Source: Gemmatimonadota bacterium (GTDB lineage Bacteria; Gemmatimonadota; Gemmatimonadetes; Longimicrobiales; Gaopeijiaceae). Taken from it: DNA of 64,000 bases. The DNA is taken from assembly GCA_039589315.1 (NCBI GenBank), contig JBDHHQ010000006.1, positions 64,001-128,000 on the forward strand, in the 5' to 3' direction. The stretch's first letter is position 1; the number at the start of each line of letters is the position of its first letter. Both the position numbers and the translations under genes were made by a program. Below are positions 47,718 through 56,017 of this stretch, piece after piece. The notes beneath the pieces were generated by a model. The model was not told where the DNA came from, ran no database searches, and saw only the letters and a list, made by a program, of their open reading frames with translations.

Positions 47718-49282
47718 GCCACGCTCCCCGGCGTCCCGGCCCGGTCACGAGTCGTCTCGCACTCCGTGTCGAGCTCGATGGCGTCCTCCGCCTCCTGCCG
47801 TGCCAGCTCGGCCAACTCCGCGCGGAACGCGGTGACCGCACGCGCGATCTGCATGGCCTCTCCCTCCCCGGCGTACGCCAGGCGCACCCGTTTCTTGTCT
47901 ACGCGGGGCTTCAACTCGGCCTCGCGGTCGTGATAGACCCGGGCCTCGAGCCACTTCACGCCCTCACGGTTCCAGCAGTCCCGGGGAGGGCAGGAAGCCA
48001 CGATCACGCCGTTGGCGCCCGACCGGACCAGGTACTCGATGACGGACGTGTGCGTGCTGCCCGCGCAATGGACGCCGAAGACGGGAGCGCCAGGCGCCAG
48101 CATGCCGCCGCTCCGGTCACACGCGATCACAACCACGTCGCCAGGAACGAGTCGGCCGCTGGCGATGAAGCGCCTCACCTCCGCCAGCTGATCTCGGCCG
48201 GTACGGCCCGGGGGGCCCACGCCCATGGGCGCACACGATCCGGCGCAGATGCCGCAGCTCACGCAGAGCGCCGGATCGACGCGCGCCACCAGGCCTATCC
48301 GGCCATCCGGGCGGGGAATCATCGAGATGGCGTCATAGGGGCAGTCTTCCGCGCACTGCAGGCAGCCCGTACAAAACCGTTCGTTGACGACCGACGCCAG
48401 CGGGAGCGCCTCTGCCCGGGGGCGCGTGAGCCACGGAACCAGCAACACCAGCGCTCCACCGGCTGCCGCTGCGACCCAGACCGTCCACGCGGGCATGCGC
48501 AACGTCAGCGGCAACCAGAAGCCGTAGAAGACGTCCAGGGGGATCCCTTCCGGAAGCCGAAACGGGCTCGCCTCCGCGGCCATGCCGACCGGCCAGAGGA
48601 CCGACAGAGCCGTGAGCACGCCCACCGACCCCCACAGGAGCCCGCGCGGGGGCATGAGCGAGGGTCGGGCGACCCTGGAGACGTGGATCCAGAGAATCAG
48701 CCCCACGCCGATGGGCAGGGCGATGTGCAGGAAGAGGTTCAGGAAGAAGAAAGCGCTGGGAAGGTCGCGCTCGCCCACGAAGGTCCGGGCGATCGGCTCG
48801 CTGAACAGCGGCAGCACGTCGAGGAACCGTGCACCCTCCACCGCCAACAGCTGGGCTTGGGTGTCCCACACCATTACGTAGCCGGTCCACCCGGTTACGA
48901 AGAAGACGAACAGGAGGACCAGACCAGACACCCACGCCAGGGTCCTGGGCCCCCAGCTCCGTCCCTGAAGAAGCATCCGGAGGGCATGGACGGCGGCTGC
49001 GAGCACGGCGACGTCCGAGGCATAGCGGTGCAGGGACCGTATCCAGCTACCCAACCAGGCCTGGTCCGTGATTCGCAGCACGGAGGCGTAGGGTGCGCCG
49101 ATACGGTAGAAGAGGAGCAGGTACAGACCGGTGAGCAGGAGGATGACGAACGACGCGACGGCAAGAGCTCCACTGTGGTACAGCGGATTGAAGCGCCACG
49201 TGTACAGGCGGTTGAACGCGGCGTCCAGACGCGCCAACAGGGCCCGGACGGGGCGTGTCACGGCCGGGGCATCGGCGGCCAT
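47714..49282 (-). CDS. Fusion: cytochrome b/b6 N-domain, 2x[4Fe-4S] ferredoxin and MvhD/FlpD-like [2Fe-2S] domain
   Basis: RSLHRY..AVHALR and FLHIALP..WIHVSR (four heme His), TGYVMVWD; CTGCLQCAEDCP and CVSCGICAGSC; IAC, HCAG, SCPPRDCWNREG. Confidence 0.85.
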   Translation of the reverse strand: MAADAPAVTRPVRALLARLDAAFNRLYTWRFNPLYHSGALAVASFVILLLTGLYLLLFYRIGAPYASVLRITDQAWLGSWIRSLHRYASDVAVLAAAVHALRMLLQGRSWGPRTLAWVSGLVLLFVFFVTGWTGYVMVWDTQAQLLAVEGARFLDVLPLFSEPIARTFVGERDLPSAFFFLNLFLHIALPIGVGLILWIHVSRVARPSLMPPRGLLWGSVGVLTALSVLWPVGMAAEASPFRLPEGIPLDVFYGFWLPLTLRMPAWTVWVAAAAGGALVLLVPWLTRPRAEALPLASVVNERFCTGCLQCAEDCPYDAISMIPRPDGRIGLVARVDPALCVSCGICAGSCAPMGVGPPGRTGRDQLAEVRRFIASGRLVPGDVVVIACDRSGGMLAPGAPVFGVHCAGSTHTSVIEYLVRSGANGVIVASCPPRDCWNREGVKWLEARVYHDREAELKPRVDKKRVRLAYAGEGEAMQIARAVTAFRAELAELARQEAEDAIELDTECETTRDRAGTPGSVA

Positions 49283-49386
49283 CGCGGTCCCGTTTGAGGA
49301 TCGGTCTCGAGATTCTTGCGCCCACACATTTATCATATCATCATGAAGAAAACAAGATAATCCAACGGCAGCAGGGCCATTCCTAC

Positions 49387-49824
49387 ATGATGCTCTCCCG
49401 CACAGGCGAGTACGCCCTCCGGGCAGTCCTACACCTGGCTCAACACGTCGACGAGGGCCCGACCCGTGTCGACGACATCGCCCAGACGCTCTCGGTTCCC
49501 CGTAACTATCTGTCGAAGATCCTCCACGAGCTCGGCCGAGCGGGTGTGCTCACCTCGTCCAGGGGCCCGCGGGGTGGCTTCGTCCTGGCCCGTCCGTCGG
49601 AGGAGTTGACGCTCGAGGACATCGTCGGGCACTTCGATCCTCTGGACGACCGGAGGCGGTGCGTGCTGGGTCGGGAGGGTGGGTGCAACGACGACGCACC
49701 CTGCGCCGCGCACGTTCGATGGTCGGAGCTATCGCAGAGTGTAGTGTCGTTCTTCCGCAAGACGACCGTCGCTCAACTCCTGGTCCATCCGGCCGGGGCC
49801 GAAGCCGTGATGTCGGAAGAGTAG
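49387..49824 (+). CDS. Rrf2 family Fe-S transcriptional regulator
   Basis: EYALRA, YLSKIL, S.RGP.GGF.L; C-terminal CVLG....C.....CAAH. Confidence 0.9.
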   Translation: MMLSRTGEYALRAVLHLAQHVDEGPTRVDDIAQTLSVPRNYLSKILHELGRAGVLTSSRGPRGGFVLARPSEELTLEDIVGHFDPLDDRRRCVLGREGGCNDDAPCAAHVRWSELSQSVVSFFRKTTVAQLLVHPAGAEAVMSEE

Positions 49825-49874
49825 GCGAAGTCGAGGCACCGTAGTCCGAATCTTCAGCCGTAGGGAGGACGTCC

Positions 49875-50045
49875 ATGGAAGAACAGAAGCCAACGGGGCA
49901 GGGCAGCGAGCCCATTCCCCTCGGGCAGCGGGTCTTCGAGAGCCCGTTCCTGCTCCTGATCATGGGCCTGATCGTCATGTTCGTCTTCTTCACCGGCTGG
50001 GGGATCTGGGAAGTCATGTCCCTCGAGCCGGCCCCCCTTCCCTGA
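49875..50045 (+). CDS. 56-aa single-TM protein, probable accessory subunit of the oxidase (absent from the ORF track)
   Basis: GGAGG RBS; MEEQKPTGQGSEPIPLGQRVFESPFLLLIMGLIVMFVFFTGWGIWEVMSLEPAPLP; stop 15 nt before subunit II. Confidence 0.8.
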   Translation: MEEQKPTGQGSEPIPLGQRVFESPFLLLIMGLIVMFVFFTGWGIWEVMSLEPAPLP

Positions 50046-50060
50046 TCCCGGAGGCCGGTC

Positions 50061-50636
50061 ATGCACCATACCGGGATAGAGCCACCGAAGGGTGTGTGGT
50101 GGAAGCCCGCCCACAAGTCGGAGAAGATCTGGGTCACCATCGCCTTCATCTGGTGTCTGGTGCTGTTCGCCATGATGCCGTTTTGGCACCTCCGTGGCGG
50201 CCAGAACCCCACGGGCATTCGTCACAAGGTGGACCCGGACGCCTATGCGGAACGGGTCCGGGAGTTCATTGCCGACTACCAGATCGGCGAGGACAACGGC
50301 ATCCCCATCGTGGAGCCGCCGCCTGGCAGCGACGTGTATCTGCAGGGTCAGATGTGGCTGTGGACGCCCGTCCTGCAGCTCCAGAAGGACGCCGAGTACA
50401 TCCTCCATCTGTCGTCCATCGACGTGAATCACGGATTCAACCTCTATCCGTTCAACGTCAACTTCCAGGTGGTCCCGGGCTATGACTACGGCCTCCGGGT
50501 GACACCCACGGAAGCTGGCGATTATCGCATCGTCTGTAACGAGTTCTGCGGTGTGAACCACCACACCATGGTAGGTCGCGTCATTGTCGTGGACGGTGCC
50601 GAAAGCGCGGCGGCCCAGGTAGGAGGTGGCCGATGA
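50061..50636 (+). CDS. Heme-copper oxidase subunit II with CuA site (B-family-like, 1 TM)
   Basis: DVNHGF and CNEFCGVNHHTM CuA ligands. Confidence 0.9.
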   Translation: MHHTGIEPPKGVWWKPAHKSEKIWVTIAFIWCLVLFAMMPFWHLRGGQNPTGIRHKVDPDAYAERVREFIADYQIGEDNGIPIVEPPPGSDVYLQGQMWLWTPVLQLQKDAEYILHLSSIDVNHGFNLYPFNVNFQVVPGYDYGLRVTPTEAGDYRIVCNEFCGVNHHTMVGRVIVVDGAESAAAQVGGGR

Positions 50637-52399
50637 GCACCGTCGAGCGCGAGGCCTTGAGCGGCGGCACCCCATCCGGAGGTCCGTTCCGCACTTGTCC
50701 GACCACAGGGCTGAAGGTGCACCGCCAGGCGGACGCCCTCATCAAAGCCAACGCGGTCGTCGCCACGGTGGCGCTGCTGGTCGGCGGCATCGCGGCGGTG
50801 CTGGTGCTGCTCACCCGGTGGCAGCTGGTCCACCTTCTCGACGCGGTCTGGTTCTACCGCATGCTGACGGTCCACGGGATGAACATGCTGATCTTCTTCA
50901 TCCTGTTCTTCGAGATGGCGGTGCTCTACTTCGCGGGACCGGTGCTGTTGAACAGCCGGGTGCCGGCCCCGAAGACGGCCTGGGCATCCTTCGGCCTCAT
51001 GGTGCTGGGGACGCTCATGGTGGAGTGGGCCATGTGGACCGGGCGCGCCGACGTGCTGTTCACGTCGTACGTGCCACTGATGGCCCACCCGATCTACTAC
51101 CTGGGGATCATCCTGTTCGCGGTGGGCGCGCTCATCGTGACGGCCATCTTCTTCGGATCCCTGGTCGTGGCCAAGAAGGAGAAGACGTACGAGGGCTCCA
51201 TGCCGCTCGTGACGTTCGGCGCCCTGACCGCCGCCATCATCGCCGTCATCACCCTGCTTCACGGCGCCATCATCTACATCCCCACCTTCCTGTGGTCCCT
51301 CGGCATGGTAACCGTGGATCCACAGATCTACCGCCTGATCTGGTGGGGCCTGGGCCACTCCTCCCAACAGATCAACGTGGCGGCCATGGTCTCCATCTGG
51401 TACCTGCTGGGGGCCCTCACCGTAGGCGCGGTGGTGCTCAACGAGAAGATCAGCCGCGCGGCCTTCGTGCTGTACGTCGCCTTCATCTCCATGGCCTCGG
51501 CGCACCATCTTCTGGTGGATCCGGGCATGGGGGCCGCGTGGAAGGTCTGGAACACCAGCTACTTCATGTACATGGCGGTGCTGGCCAGCATGATCCACGG
51601 CTTCACGGTTCCGGCCGGCGTCGAGCTCGGGCAGCGGCTGCGGGGATTCACCCAGGGCGTCTTCGGCTGGCTGAAGAAGGCGCCGTGGGGGGATCCGGGA
51701 TTCAGCTCGTTGGCGTTCTCGCTCGTGATCTTCGGATTCGTGGGCGGCATCACCGGCGTCACGTTCGGTACCGAGCAGATCAACATCATCGCCCACAACA
51801 CGCTGAGGATCCCGGGGCACTTCCACGCCACTGTCGTGTCGGGAACCGCCATGGCCTTCATGGGCGTCACCTACTACGTGATCCCGCTGATCTTCCGGAA
51901 GCAGGTCTCCTTTTACGCGATGGCCAGGTGGCAGCCGTACATCTTCTCCCTGGGGATGCTCATCTTCTCGATGGCCATGACCTTCGCCGGCACGTTCGGG
52001 ATTCCGCGCCGTCACTGGGACATCACCTTCACGGGTGCGCCCTGGGGCGTGGAGTATTCGCCGGCAGTGGACCTGCTGATCGGCGTCATGGCCGTGGGCG
52101 GCCTGCTGGCCGTCGTCGGTGGCGCCATGTACATCGTCGTCACCGTCGTGAGCGTGTTCTTCGGCAAGCCGTTGGGTGAGGTCAGCGCGGCCAATTTGGC
52201 CGGCAAGGTGCCCCCGGGCGTGTACGCTCCGCCGCGGGCAGCCCTGGAGGCCGCAGGTGCCGAGCCCGAGCTCCCCGAGCACGGGAGGCTGGGGATGGTG
52301 CCCGGCACCATGATCCTCGTGGCGGTCTTCCTGGCCGCGTTCATCACGTACTACTTCGCCAACTGGAAGCTGCTCAGCTTCATCTGGAAGGTCGGCTAG
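50633..52399 (+). CDS. Heme-copper oxidase subunit I, eNOR-type nitric oxide reductase
   Basis: TVHG, WGLGHSSQQ (HPxxY Tyr replaced by Gln), SAHHL, GHFHAT, GIPRR. Confidence 0.8.
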   Translation: MSTVEREALSGGTPSGGPFRTCPTTGLKVHRQADALIKANAVVATVALLVGGIAAVLVLLTRWQLVHLLDAVWFYRMLTVHGMNMLIFFILFFEMAVLYFAGPVLLNSRVPAPKTAWASFGLMVLGTLMVEWAMWTGRADVLFTSYVPLMAHPIYYLGIILFAVGALIVTAIFFGSLVVAKKEKTYEGSMPLVTFGALTAAIIAVITLLHGAIIYIPTFLWSLGMVTVDPQIYRLIWWGLGHSSQQINVAAMVSIWYLLGALTVGAVVLNEKISRAAFVLYVAFISMASAHHLLVDPGMGAAWKVWNTSYFMYMAVLASMIHGFTVPAGVELGQRLRGFTQGVFGWLKKAPWGDPGFSSLAFSLVIFGFVGGITGVTFGTEQINIIAHNTLRIPGHFHATVVSGTAMAFMGVTYYVIPLIFRKQVSFYAMARWQPYIFSLGMLIFSMAMTFAGTFGIPRRHWDITFTGAPWGVEYSPAVDLLIGVMAVGGLLAVVGGAMYIVVTVVSVFFGKPLGEVSAANLAGKVPPGVYAPPRAALEAAGAEPELPEHGRLGMVPGTMILVAVFLAAFITYYFANWKLLSFIWKVG

Positions 52400-52406
52400 G
52401 GCTGCG

Positions 52407-53282
52407 ATGACGCGGGGTGAGAAGTGGGCCGTGGGGGCGCTGGGCGCCCTGGCGGCGATAACGGTGAGCTGGTGGGCGCTGGCCCTGTGGCCGGTGCCCA
52501 CCGGCGCGCCCGCCTGGCTGGAGCGCACGCGCCAGGTGTGCTTCGGCTCGACCGAGTCCGGTCTGCCGGACTCGGGAGGCTGGCTGCTGCTCGTGGGCCA
52601 GCCCACGAGCATGCTGGTGGCCATGTTCGTGATCTGGGGGGACGCCCTCACGGGCGGGGTCCGGGCGTTGGGGCGGTCTCTGCCGGGCCGCGTGGCCCTG
52701 GCCGCTACCCTTCTCCTGCTTCTGACGGGAACGGTGGGGGCTGGCGTCCGGGTGGCCAGCGCTCAGCCCGACGCGATCATCCTGGACGATCCGACCCTGC
52801 CGCCGGAGACGTATCCGCGCCTCGACCGGGAGGCACCCACCCTGGCGCTCGTGGACCAGCGGGGTGAGCTGATCACGTTGGGGCGATTTGCCGGCCGCAC
52901 GGTCCTGGTGACGTTCGCCTTCGGCCACTGCGAGACCATCTGCCCGGTGGTGGTCCACAACGCGTTGGAGGCGGCAGCAGCGGTGCCGGAGCTGGACCCG
53001 GCGGTCGTGGTCATCACCCTGGATCCGTGGCGGGACACGCCGGCTCGGCTCCCCCACATCGCCGGGCAGTGGGGCCTCGGCGACGACACCTTCCTCTTGA
53101 GCGGCTCCGTCGCCGCGGTCGAGGGTGTCCTCGACGATTGGAACGTCGCGCGGGAGCGGGACGAGCGCACGGGTGACGTGACGCACCCGGCCCTCGTCTA
53201 CATCCTCGACCGCACGGGGCGCATCGCCTACGCCACCACCGGCGACCCCCAGTCCATGGTGGCACTGGCGTTGAGGCATTAA
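52407..53282 (+). CDS. SCO/SenC copper chaperone with N-terminal TM extension
   Basis: FGHCETICP (CxxxC), ITLDPWRDTP, DVTH. Confidence 0.85.
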   Translation: MTRGEKWAVGALGALAAITVSWWALALWPVPTGAPAWLERTRQVCFGSTESGLPDSGGWLLLVGQPTSMLVAMFVIWGDALTGGVRALGRSLPGRVALAATLLLLLTGTVGAGVRVASAQPDAIILDDPTLPPETYPRLDREAPTLALVDQRGELITLGRFAGRTVLVTFAFGHCETICPVVVHNALEAAAAVPELDPAVVVITLDPWRDTPARLPHIAGQWGLGDDTFLLSGSVAAVEGVLDDWNVARERDERTGDVTHPALVYILDRTGRIAYATTGDPQSMVALALRH

Positions 53283-53313
53283 GCCCGCCTCGTTGACGCG
53301 CTCGGGCGGGTTT
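53281..53313 (+). terminator. Hairpin after the SCO gene
   Basis: AAGCCCGCC...GGCGGGTTT. Confidence 0.45.
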
Positions 53314-53357
53314 GCCGCCAGGGAGTCGGTCCGGCAGTCGGCGTTGTAGGCGGACCG

Positions 53358-53975
53358 GTGCGGGGGAAGGCCGACGGCCTGTTCATCAACACCACCGGCC
53401 TCGGCGTCTTGGAGGACGGCTTCCGTCCGGACCCCTCGGGCGCGCGCCCGGGGGACGTGGTGCTGGTGAGCGGCCCCCTGGGGCGGCACGGCATTGCCAT
53501 CATGGCGGCGCGGGAGGGCCTGGCCTTCGACGTCGAGCTCGAGAGCGACACGGCGTCCCTCTTCCCGCTGGTCCACGCGCTTCGCCAAGCGGCGGGGGCC
53601 GGCGTGCGGACGATGAGGGATCCCACCCGGGGCGGGCTGGCCAGCGCGTTGAACGAGATCGCCGCGTCGTCGGGAGTGGGCGTGGAGCTGGTGGAGCACA
53701 CCGTGCCTCTGCCGGGTCCCGTCGCGGCCGCTTGCGAGATGTTGGGCCTGGACCCCCTTTATGTGGCCAATGAAGGCGTGCTCACCGCCATCGTGGCACC
53801 GGAGGCTGCGGGCGAGGCCCTGTCTGCATTGCGTGCACATCCGCTCGGCGCAGAGGCCGCGCTGATCGGGAGGGTCGTGGAAGCGCACCCTGGCATGGTC
53901 GTCCTCCGCACCGGCTTGGGGGGCACGCGAGTCGTGGACATGCTGCCCGGCGACCAGCTGCCCCGCATCTGCTGA
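53358..53975 (+). pseudogene. hypE: 5'-truncated hydrogenase maturation protein HypE
   Basis: GKADGLFINTTG, SDTA, MRDPTRGGLA..LNE, DPLYVANEG, C-terminal LPRIC; roughly the N-terminal third of HypE is missing. Confidence 0.75.
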
Positions 53976-54044
53976 AGCGAGGACGAGAAGAGCACCGAGG
54001 ATTCGAGAAGAGGGGAATATGAGGACTTCAACAGGAGAAGCGAG

Positions 54045-54239
54045 ATGACTTCACGAGTGTGGCGGGGTGCCCTCATGGCAGTGGCGTCTGCAGCGATCCT
54101 GGCGGCGCCTGCCTCGGCCCACGGACTGCACACCCATGCCGCCGGGGCCCTGCACGCCGTCATCCACGCCGTGCCGGTCCTTGCGGTCGTCGTGGGGGTG
54201 GTCGTGGCCTACCGGGTCATTCGCTCCAGGCTGGCCTAG
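54045..54239 (+). CDS. Small His-rich exported/membrane protein (HupE/UreJ N-terminus-like)
   Basis: AGGAG RBS, signal peptide ending ASA, HGLHTH...LH...IH, C-terminal TM helix. Confidence 0.55.
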   Translation: MTSRVWRGALMAVASAAILAAPASAHGLHTHAAGALHAVIHAVPVLAVVVGVVVAYRVIRSRLA

Positions 54240-54509
54240 CACGCCACGGCGGCACGACGGGTCGTCGGCCCGCCGGCGGCAGGGCAACGACCCTCCCCGC
54301 ATGCAGGGGCCAGGACCGCCGTCCCCAGGAGCATGCCGCCGTACCGGGTAGGCACGGGCGCGCCCCAGGCGTCTGGCCGTGGTGTGGGGACCATCGCCAC
54401 GGGCCTCGGTGTAGACACTCCCGGTCGCGGGCCCAAGGGCCCGCTTTCTTTCGCCTTGGTGCGTGCCCGCGGGAAGCGGGCCTCGCTCGTTTCCGCTGCT
54501 GCCGGTTCC

Positions 54510-55379
54510 ATGCGACGATCCCGCCACCTTCGAGCCCTGTTGAGCACGTCGCTCCTCCTACTCGCCGGTCCAGTCGGCGTGCAGGCCCAGGGCGAGCACG
54601 ACCTCGACAAGGTCCAGCCCGTCTCCCGGGACGCCGTCCTGCGCGCCATGGTGCTGGAGCGGGAGAAGGGCTACGACCTGACCGCGTCCACCAACGCGAC
54701 CCGCCTCTGGGCCCACACGATCTTCATGCTGGCTGAGAGCGCGCAGGAGGCGGCGCCGGACGGGCCACCGCTCTTCCTGCACGAGGCCGACTACTATCAC
54801 GCCTACCTCGAGGCCACCGGCCTGGACGAAGCGGAGGCCCCCGAATTCATCCGCATCTCCCACGAATACGGCCAGCACACCCTGATCGAATACCGCCTCG
54901 ACCGGGTCGTGGACATGGCCGAGACCGAGACGACACCGCAACGGGCTCTGGCGGTGCGGACGTGGTGGCCGGAATCGGAGTCGCTCGGGGATCGATACTC
55001 GTTCGAGGACACGCTCTCCACCCCCCGGCTGTTGGTGGTCAACGAACGGGAGGTGAGCTACCGGCTGCTGGACTTCGGGGACCAGATGCTGTTCGACGAG
55101 ATCGAGGGCATTCGGGGGCGGCCGACGTCGGGGGTTCTGGGCGTGCTGTTCGAGGTCCTGGGCACGGGCAAGATCGTCTGGTCCCGGATGGCCATCTCCG
55201 AAGAGGGGTCGCTGGTGGTGCGGGCCAAGGCCAAGAAGCTCGTGAGCAAGACGTCCACCGCCGTCGTGGAGAAGGACGGGACCGGCGGCCACGTTCCCGA
55301 CGACCGCGCCGATCTCAGGGTCCTGGCCGAGCGCCTCGAGAGACCGTTGGAGGTGGCGTACCAGCCCTGGCCGTTCTAG
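54510..55379 (+). CDS. Secreted hypothetical protein
   Basis: Signal peptide ending VQA; coding-like codon usage. Confidence 0.7.
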   Translation: MRRSRHLRALLSTSLLLLAGPVGVQAQGEHDLDKVQPVSRDAVLRAMVLEREKGYDLTASTNATRLWAHTIFMLAESAQEAAPDGPPLFLHEADYYHAYLEATGLDEAEAPEFIRISHEYGQHTLIEYRLDRVVDMAETETTPQRALAVRTWWPESESLGDRYSFEDTLSTPRLLVVNEREVSYRLLDFGDQMLFDEIEGIRGRPTSGVLGVLFEVLGTGKIVWSRMAISEEGSLVVRAKAKKLVSKTSTAVVEKDGTGGHVPDDRADLRVLAERLERPLEVAYQPWPF

Positions 55380-55507
55380 GGTGAGGTGAGGTCGTCGGCG
55401 ACGTCGCTCGCCGCATTCCCGCTGGCCAGAGACGGTGGGACGCACCACTCTCCCCGGAGTGGCGGCGTCCAACAGAGCACGCCGCACGTGCCGCTTCCCA
55501 CGGATCC

Positions 55508-56005
55508 ATGTCCCTCTACTACCTGAACGTCATCGTCCACCTGCTGGCCGCCTTGTTCTGGCTGGGTGGGATGTTCTTCCTCGCCCTCGTAGGGGCCCCG
55601 GTCCTGCGAAGGGTGGAGCCGCCGGAGCTGAGGGCTCGGCTGTTTCAGGCACTGGGGGAGTCGTTTCGGTTCTCTGGTTGGATCGCGATCGGGGTTCTGC
55701 TGATCACTGGAGCGGCGAACCTCCACTTCAAGGGCATCCTGTCCGTGGAAGTGCTGAGCAGCGCTGGGCTCTGGGACGGTGCCTACGGTCGAGCGCTACT
55801 CTGGAAGCTCCTCGCCGTCTCGGGAATGGTGGTGGTGAGCTTCATCCACGACTTTGTCCTGGGGCCCCGCTCGACCCGGGCGAAGCAGGACTCACCCCAG
55901 GCGCTGCGCCTCAGGAAGCGAGCGGCCTCGCTGGCCCGACTCAACGCGCTCCTGGGCATCGTGGCGGTCGTTGCCGCGGTCTACCTGGCCCGGGGGACAC
56001 CCTAG
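55508..56005 (+). CDS. CopD/DUF4149-like membrane protein
   Basis: HLLAALFWLGGMFF, LLITG, KL, HDF..GP; 4 TM helices. Confidence 0.75.
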   Translation: MSLYYLNVIVHLLAALFWLGGMFFLALVGAPVLRRVEPPELRARLFQALGESFRFSGWIAIGVLLITGAANLHFKGILSVEVLSSAGLWDGAYGRALLWKLLAVSGMVVVSFIHDFVLGPRSTRAKQDSPQALRLRKRAASLARLNALLGIVAVVAAVYLARGTP

Positions 56006-56017
56006 ACGACCGACGTC

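Noticed and set aside
50061..52399. ba3-type oxygen reductase
   Set aside because: The active-site Tyr of HPxxY is absent (HSSQQ)
50522..52651. Long antisense or alternative-frame ORFs (709 aa here; likewise 78..1661, 7219..8841, 47930..49297)
   Set aside because: Typical stop-poor shadow frames of high-GC coding DNA that overlap well-supported genes
53358..53975. Selenophosphate synthetase SelD (same fold, tempting given the selenoproteins)
   Set aside because: DPTRGG, ANEG and the terminal PRIC are HypE signatures
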